In this document: piece after piece, positions 54,515-64,000 of the stretch
How the letters are laid out: every line of letters starts with the position of its first letter
How positions within the stretch are numbered: position 1 is the first letter of the stretch
From: Chrysomallon squamiferum
Taxonomy: Eukaryota; Animalia; Mollusca
Direction of reading: 5' to 3'
Assembly: GCA_012295275.1 (NCBI GenBank)
Contig: CM022677.1
Coordinates: 21,948,001 to 22,012,000, forward strand
Length of the DNA: 64,000 nucleotides
Program-made: the position numbers and the translations under genes
Notes under the pieces: generated by a model
Databases searched by the model: none
What the model saw: only the letters and a program-made list of their open reading frames with translations
What the model was told of the DNA's origin: nothing

Positions 54515-57332
54515 GATATGTACATGCTTTGGAAACAGGATGTATGTATGTACATATATTTCATTGTATGAACACGCGCACACACACAAGCATTCATACA
54601 TAAATGATTTGGAACCATTACAAATATCTAGTTGGTCTTACAAACCACTTTACCATTGAACTCCATTCTATTCAAAAATGACAAACACCATTATAAACTA
54701 GAATTGTCCATAAATGATAAAAAGACATTACATATTTGAACTGTCCATAAATAATACAGAAAAATCATAAATTTCTAGCTGGGCCTAACCCATTTGTGCT
54801 GCATAGTATAAACAAAAAGCTTTTAAAAAGGATATAGAAACACAAATTTCATAGTTGGTCACAGACAACACATAAACTGTTACAAACTTGAACAATCCGC
54901 ATTGTGATAAAAAAAAAAAAACAATATAAATAGTAACACACCCAAGTATCATTACAAGTTCGAATAACCAAGAGAGAAACATCACAGATTTCTAGTTGGG
55001 CTTGACCTGCATGTTCACCATTATAAGTCTAAACCATCCTCAAATGATAAAAAAAAAAAAAAAAAAAAATAAAAATCTATTCATGGACCTTTAAATGTTT
55101 GAACAGTCAATAGCTAACATAGAGATTTTAGTCCTGGCCTGTATCTTCACCATTAGTAATCTAAAACATCTATAACTGACACAAATTTAAACTGTTTTCT
55201 CCTTTATAACCTTTTTAATTTGTATTATTATTTGTTTTATTTTTATTTATTTATTATTTTATTTATTATTTTATTTTATTTATTTATTTATTTGGATCGT
55301 AAACACACCTAAGAAGCCTGCCTGTAACAGCTGCATTGCAAGCCCTGCTAATGGACCATAAAAGTCGCTGAAGCGTGACTACATAAATATGGCTGAATTA
55401 ACACTTCATGAATAAACAATTCACACAAACATCAACTGACGTCCATTTAGCTTTAACCTATTTTGATGCAAACCTGGACTATTTTCACTCAAACCTGTAC
55501 TATTTTGTCCCAGATTCAGACCATTTTTGTGATGGATCCAGGTTTATTTTGGTTGATGTTTGTACCCTGCTTTAATCTGTTTTGACTTGCACCGAGGCTA
55601 TTTTTGTCCAGAATCCAGTCAAATTTGACATAGATCTAGGCTGTCTTGTTCAAAATTCAGTTCATTTTGAGTTGGATCTAGTCAAATTTGTCAAACATTT
55701 AGCTCTATTTTGACACTTACCTACACTGTTTTATATAAAAGTCTGTCCATTTTCCCATGGATACAAGTTATTTTGTTCAAAATACAGTTTTGGTGATGAA
55801 ATGAACAGATGCTAACCCTATGGTGTGTTTTTAAAGCTCTTCTATGAACGACTGTTTCTTTTAAACACTGATTATTTGCTGGATGCCTCATTTTATGAAA
55901 ACAAAAAAATATCAGAACTACCAGGACATTTATTTTTTATCTGTAGAAAGGAAAAAAATACAGGAATAAATGAGTTATCCAAAAAAAAAAAAAAAATCTT
56001 TTGGAGTCAAGAATCAGAAAACCCCCAACTGTTTTGAATTTCAGTCAGTCTAAACAGGACATAAGACCTGTTTCAGTGTGATGGGTCACACTTCTACCCT
56101 CAGTCTTAAGTAACTTGTTGGATGATTTAATTACTGCTTGTAGTTAAATAAGATCATCCAGAAATTTCTGATGTTTCTGTATCACTTGTAATCCAGTTCA
56201 CATTTGCAGTCTAAATACATTTTTTTTTAGATACACTGATTGCCTTGAAAGCATTTTACAATGTAAATGACAAGTTAGATAGAGTAATTGCTGGTTGTGG
56301 TTAAATATTTAGCATATCACAGATGGTGAAGTAATTACTGAACACCAGCTATGTGAACTGTCAAGTTAAAAACAACGCACAAACATTTACATTTTTATTA
56401 TACTGCGTTCTAGATGTTTTATAATAGAAATTGATTTTCATAACTCTACTGTGATTTCTCTCTCTCTACCTTATCTCTCGTTCACTCTGTCTTTCTCTCT
56501 CTTTCTGTCTTATTCTCTCTCTTTTTTCTCTTTTTCTCATTATCTTTTTCTCTTTCTTTTTCTTTTCTTTCTCTCACTATCCCTTTCTCTTTCTTTCTCC
56601 ATCTGTTTCTCTCGCTCTCTTTCTCTCTGTCTCTCACTCTCTCTGTCTCTCTCTCTCTCTGTCTCTGTCTCTCTCTCTCTGTCTGTTTTTTCATTTATAT
56701 CTTCTTCTGACTATTCTTTACTTCCTTCTAGCTTATCTCTCCATCATGCCTGACATTTGATTCTTTCCTGTCCAACACATGTCCAGCCATTTTTGCTCAG
56801 TCTCTGTCTCTTTGTATTAATTTCATTCTGCATCTTTCACATTCTCACTTTCTGTAGCATCTGTCTGCTTACATCTCACTATCTCACTTTTCAGAGCATC
56901 CATTTGTCTGACTTTGCTCCAGTTTCTACTTATCTCTTCTGATTTCGTTTTATCTCTCTATACAATGTAAAACTTTTTTTCTCTTCTTTCTCTGTTTTTT
57001 TATTCCTTTCTTTGTTTACTTTTTCTTTCTATCTTTTTCTTCCTCGGGTCAGTTTGGTGAATGTATTGAATATATATGTGAAATACATTTACTAGATTTA
57101 GTGTGTGTATATATATATATATATATAATCAGTTGTTTTGTTGTTATTATCATACTTATTATTTTATTATTGTTGTTGTTATTTTATTATTATTATTACC
57201 ATCATCTTTATTATCATTATTATTATTATTACTATTTTAAATGTACATTTTGTTTAAATAAGTAGTTTTTTTCCTTCTGTTCATTGGTTTAATTATCATA
57301 ATTTAAACATGTTTTGCATACTTTACTTCCAG

Positions 57333-57396
57333 ATGACTAATGAAATGTAAAAACCACTCAGAAAACAAGGGGACCTAATCCTATACCACAATGCCG
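57333..57396 (+). other. Candidate exon ending in ATG CCG (possible start-codon exon, Met-Pro) of the + strand gene
   Basis: ctttacttccag| acceptor, ccacaATGCCG|GTGAGT donor; all three frames are closed upstream of this ATG; no downstream coding exon identified. Confidence 0.4.
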
Positions 57397-58368
57397 GTGA
57401 GTTTTTAACTTCCTTTCAACAGTTTCAAATTTATTACTCTTAAAACGAATTATTTAAATTCTAATATAAAATTAAATCTTTACACACATGATAAAAAGAA
57501 ATAAAATCTTGTATTTTTTTCGTTTTTTCATTTTTTTTTTTTTTTTTTTTCGTTGAACTTTTTAAAAATTCTTTTTTTAATATTTATTTTGATTTCAGGT
57601 TTGTAAATTCTGCAGAAATGTTATTTATTATTATTTTTATTAAGTTGTTTATCTGCATCAGTGGTTCATGTTTAATCTGCATCAGTGGTTCATGTTAAAC
57701 TATTTCTTTTGTTTTAAAACTGGTTTCTTTAAAACACCAGATAAGAAAACAAAGTTAGGGGTTATTGTTTGAATTGAGTGTCTGTTAGTTTTAAGGTTTA
57801 GCATTGTTTACACAATTTCTAATTATTTAGTTTTATTTTGTGAACACAAATTATTTTCTTAGTTTAAGTAGATTATAATATTTTTAGAGAAACTGAAAGA
57901 TAACGTAGATGGTAGATGTTTGAGAAAGAAAGAGAGAGAGAGAGAAGTGAATAAATGAGAAATAGCTAAGTTAAAATACAGACACACACACACACACACA
58001 GAGATTGCCCCACTCCACACAAATACATACATTCACCTCACAAGAACAAACAACGTTCAATGGTTGTCTTCAGCAAACTGCAGCTATTTACATTAGAGAT
58101 TTGATATTGTTTTCTTAGGAAATATTTGTAGTATTTAGTTATTTAGATGTTTACCAGCATTTAGATTCTGTTTTTATAATTATTTGTAGTATGTGTGTGT
58201 GTGTATATATATATATACGAGAGAAAGAAAGAGAAAGAGAAAGGGGGGTTACACATTGTTTTCATACAAAAGTATGTGTGTAATTTAGTTATTTAGATTA
58301 CTGAATATTTCTGATTTGCCAGTACAGATGTTTTTAATTTAGCTGTCCACTCTTCTTTTTACTAGTTC

Positions 58369-59072
<704 letters not shown>

Positions 59073-59695
59073 AGCACTCAGTTTATTCTATGTATGGGTA
59101 GCTTATTACTGACTGTACATCTGTCCATTTGTCTGTTTTTCTTCTTTACTTACAATTTCAATCAACAGACTTATATTTATGAGTATGGGATTTATTTCTA
59201 TTATTTTAATACTTAGATATATACTTTCTTTATTTACTTGTTTATTTCTTTATTTTGTTTGTTTGTTTGTTTGTTTTGTCTATTTGTTTGTTTACTTATT
59301 TCTTTATACATTTGTTTGTTTGTTTAGTCTAAGATTTAATGAAACCATGGTTACAAGAACATTGGTATACTGCACATATGCAGTACATGCAAGATTGATC
59401 TATTAATTAAATAAGCAAAGTTTTTTTATTTGTTTTTTTTCTAAATTATTGACATTTTGCGATATCTTCTATTTCAGCGAGTCTTTGTTTGACGTCATTT
59501 CACTTATTTTCAAACATTTCTCACTTCTCTGTCTCCTTCACTGGAGACTTCCAAATGGGATCCGCCATGGAGGTATACAGAGTTATCTTTCTTGGCATGA
59601 GTTCTCTTTTATTAATCACTGTTGTAACGTTAACAAAGGTTATTTTGGTTGTTGTGTTAAACTTTTTATTAATATTATTGTAGTTGTTATTATTA

Positions 59696-59745
<50 letters not shown>

Positions 59746-60894
59746 TTTTTTTTTTTTTTTTTTTTTGTTAATCATGTCAGACTAGTTTGCACTGCTTAAC
59801 TAATCATAACATTGGTGATGATTTTAAAAAAACAAAAAAGTGTTTATTTAATTATTTAATTATTTATTTATTTTATTTTATTTATTTATTTATTTATTTT
59901 ATTTATTTATTTATTTATTTATTTAGCTTAATTAATAATGACGTTTAACAACAAAAAGAAAAACGCAGTTTAACTGGGTGCAGTCATTTTTTTTTTTTTC
60001 AATCATTATCTGATTATGTACATATTGAATATTTGTCCAGATGACAAATTTGTGTCTCTTTGTCTGTTCAGCTGTTGAGCTGTCATTTTTTTTTATCCTT
60101 TGTCCAAAATGCTTGGGTTTGAAAGTGTTTTGGGTTTCAGAATTTTTCTGGATTTTTATAAATTTATGAGATAGCAGCACGCAATTAGGATCTAAATCTA
60201 AAAACAGATAACATTCGTAACTTGTGTGTGGCTTGCAGAATTAGTTTGCAGGATTTTTTATGTAATATTTTTGTTATTTTTATTATTTTTGTCCCAAAAT
60301 AAAGTCAGTGTATGCAGAACTATAAGATGTTACTTACCAGAGTTTGGAGTTTTGGTTAAAGAATACTCAGGCTGTGTGTCTGTTCGTCTGTCTGTCAGAT
60401 TTATGTCCTGTCTGTTGAGCTGTATGTCCTGTGTTTAGATAGTCATTTGTGTATAAAATGTATTTGAACTGTTAGCATTGTCATAAACACACTTCAAGTT
60501 TAGAAAAAACAAAAACAAAATCCTTTCGTTGTAAATATATAAAATCTATTTAACAGCATACCTTACATAGAAAAAATAATAAAATAACAAAAAAACTTTC
60601 ACTTAGAAACATAAGAAATCTATCTAGCTGCATACCTTAAGTATAAGTCAAAAAAAAAAAAAATATTATATATATATAATCTGTTGTAGAAACCTCATCC
60701 CCGCAAAAAAAAAACTTTCACTTTGAAATATATAAAATGTATTTAACACCACAGTTATTTTGATGCACCATAACAAAACATTTCTTAAGTCTAACAAGAA
60801 ACATATCCTTATTATAGAAAATTAATTTTGAGCACCATTTACGTAGGAATACTAAATATAAACAAAACAAAACATTAACTTAGTAGTTTGCAGA

Positions 60895-60926
<32 letters not shown>

Positions 60927-61353
60927 GGGATATGTTTCACTACCAATAATTCTGACAATAATATAATAATTGTCTGTTCGTTGTTTTATTGTAAGTAATT
61001 ATTTGTAAGTATATGAAATGTCAGTATTATTATTTTTTTTTTAATGTCTGTTTCAACGCATTGTTATGCTAATGATGTTGGTATTTCTGGAATGCAAAAA
61101 TAATAATATATAAAAATGTGGAAGTTAATGAAAATAAGAAATGTTCGCATGACTGATTGCTTCCTGACTTGAGAGAGAGTGCATGTCTGGTTGCAGTGGG
61201 CTTCGTGTTTTGGTGAGAACATGTTTTTAATAAAATACAAACAGTTAAAAATGTGTATTGTTATTGATATTGTTGTTAATGTTGTTGTTTATTATGACTG
61301 TTATTGTTGTTGTTCTTATAATTATAATAATAATAATAATAATAATAATAATT

Positions 61354-61386
<33 letters not shown>

Positions 61387-61396
61387 TATTATTATT

Positions 61397-61431
<35 letters not shown>

Positions 61432-61941
61432 TATTATGATTAATTCGACCATTATTAACATCATTATGATTACTATGATCATTATCACTGTTAGTATTGT
61501 TATTGTTGCTCTGTGATTATCATCATTACCATTATTATTATTATTGCAGTTATCATCATCATCATCATCATCATTATCATTATCATTATCATTTTTTATA
61601 TTTATTTTTATTTTTATTTTTTTTTTTTTTTTTTTTGAGTGGCTTTGGTTTTAATCCCAAAGTACTAATAGTTTGTGTAAACAGATGTAATGTGTGGAGT
61701 ATTGATGTTTGTAAATATTTAAATATTAAAGTGTTCAGACTGTACACTATGTTTACTGTACTTGGATCAGATTAATAACTCATGTATACTTCAGCAAAGC
61801 CAATATTTAAATATAGAGATGAACAAATATGTACAAACCCTCCTACAGAATACATACACACTGATATATATATACAGTTACAGTTATTACTTTTTTAATT
61901 TCATTATATGGAATGATTCTGTTTGTATATATCTGTGTGTA

Positions 61942-61977
<36 letters not shown>

Positions 61978-62480
61978 TGTATTTGTGCATATATTTGTTT
62001 ACATGTAAATAAATGTATGTATCATTTATTTATTTATTTAGTTAGTTATTTATGAAGTTTACATCACTGAATGTGTAAATATTAGATGAGAATTTGAGAG
62101 ATGTATAACACATGAATGTTTATAATTTACCTCTGTGTAGTAATCTACGTATATCATTTATTTATTTATTTATCTAGTTATGAGGTTTATATCACTGACT
62201 GTGTACATATTAGAAAGGTTTTAGAGTTACATAACATACCTGTTTATAATTTACCTGAGTGTAGTAATCTATGTGTATCACTTTTTAAAACATTCTTCTC
62301 TGTGTAAACAGACTGGTAACATTCCACAAACTTGTTGAAACAAAACATGACAAATAGTTTTAAATGTCTAAAACAGCATGTCAGACACAAACATACATCT
62401 AGCAGTGTTTTAATGTTTGTTTTCTGTATTTGTTTTGTGGTATTTATTTATTTATTTATTTATTTATTTATTATTATTAC

Positions 62481-62514
<34 letters not shown>

Positions 62515-63162
62515 AAAATTATTTTTGTCAGTATTAATTTTTGACATACACTGAAAAAGCTTGCTCAGGTTTTAGTGTATGTGTAACATAAATGCAGCAA
62601 ATACATAACATGTGTACACACACACTAACACACAAACACTCACAAATACATAAACAAACACATACAAATACACACACACACACACACACACATTAACAGT
62701 AAAATTAAAATAACTGTGGTGACATATTTTTACATACATTACCTTCAAAATTCTAATAATGAATAAATTTATTAATTTATTTAATTTATTTATTAATTTA
62801 ATTCAGGTAAGCATGGAAATCTAAATTGAGTAACACTTTCAGTATGTAACAGTCTTTAATGTGTAATTGAAATCAATAATTAATTAATTAGTTTTTTTCT
62901 GTTTTTTTTTTTTTAATTATTTATAGTTGATCAGTGTTCTCTTAATAGAATGTGAAAACTTGATGATTGCAAAAATTGATTTATTCTCAGATTAAATCAT
63001 TTTGTGAATATTGATTGTCAGTTTGTGTCTGTGTGTGTGTCTGTGGGGGGGTAGTTTGTTATTGTTATTAAATTGATCGTAATGGGGGAGCAAGAGAGAG
63101 CCAGAGAAAAAGAGATTCTGAAATAAACCATTTTGTCAATATTTATTGTCAGAGAGAGAGAT

Positions 63163-63216
<54 letters not shown>

Positions 63217-63259
63217 GAGAATGGGAGAGACAGTGTAAATTATAGTGTTACTAGATTTG

Positions 63260-63413
63260 TAACACTATCTGTCAAATACTGTGTCTCAGTTATGTGTTAT
63301 TATTCTCTCTCTCTCTTTCTCTCTCTCTCTCTGTGTGTGTCTGTAAATTAAAATGATTTTGAGCTGTGACAGTTTTAACAGTATCTATGAACTACTGTGT
63401 CTCAGCTGAATGT

Positions 63414-63482
<69 letters not shown>

Positions 63483-63553
63483 CTGTAAATTAAAGTATTG
63501 TTTTGGCTGTGACAGTTTTTAACAGTATCTATGAACTACTGTGTCTCAGCTGA

Positions 63554-63613
<60 letters not shown>

Positions 63614-63693
63614 CTGTGTAAATTAAAAAAGTATTGTTTTGGCTGTGACAGTTTTTAACAGTATCTATGAACTACTGTGTCTCAGCTGAATGT

Positions 63694-63757
<64 letters not shown>

Positions 63758-63827
63758 AAATTTAAAGTATTGTTTTGGCTGTGACAGTTTTTAACAGTAT
63801 CTATGAACTACTGTGTCTCAGCTGAAT

Positions 63828-63882
<55 letters not shown>

Positions 63883-63959
63883 CTGTGTAAATTAAAGTAT
63901 TGTTTTGGCTGTGACAGTTTTTAACAGTATCTATGAACTACTGTGTCTCAGCTGAATGT

Positions 63960-64000
<41 letters not shown>
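63260..64000. repeat. About 125-140 bp compound satellite with an internal (CT)n, running off the window
   Basis: gctgtgacagtttttaacagtatctatgaactactgtgtctcagctgaatgtt, at least 5 copies. Confidence 0.93.

Noticed and set aside
59478-59575. Candidate exon following the Met-Pro exon (atttcag|CGAGTC...)
   Set aside because: Phase-0 reading stops after four codons; no convincing product

Overview
AT-rich, microsatellite-saturated animal genomic DNA, probably molluscan. That assignment is inferred from an RTE-type LINE 3' end, recurrent AAGGGA(C/G/A)ATAACT motifs and a mosaic CpG pattern, and was not verified. Almost all ORFs in the supplied track are translations of simple repeats. Manual splice-aware reading gives two convergent genes. 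(1) On the + strand, a 4-exon gene (4218-4269, 17976-18074, 19461-19515, 21602-21692) not recoverable from the ORF track. It encodes a 98-aa secreted neuropeptide/prohormone-like precursor with a signal peptide, a C-x9-C pair, RKR/KRR sites and a C-terminal TEENVGFYSNW; I cannot assign it to a named family. (2) On the - strand, a divergent pyruvate kinase paralog (37380-27220) with vertebrate PKM-like exon sizes. It has eroded nucleotide/K+/PEP-site residues and a B-domain exon that is internally broken and followed by four decayed tandem copies; the frame is restorable only by a new intron carved out of the old exon. A probable third, + strand transcription unit with mostly non-coding exons starts near 40200 and probably runs off the window. 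Also present are two long inverted repeats (one bracketing the last exon of the precursor gene), tRNA-derived SINE remnants, a LINE fragment and many minisatellites, several of which abut or contain splice sites.
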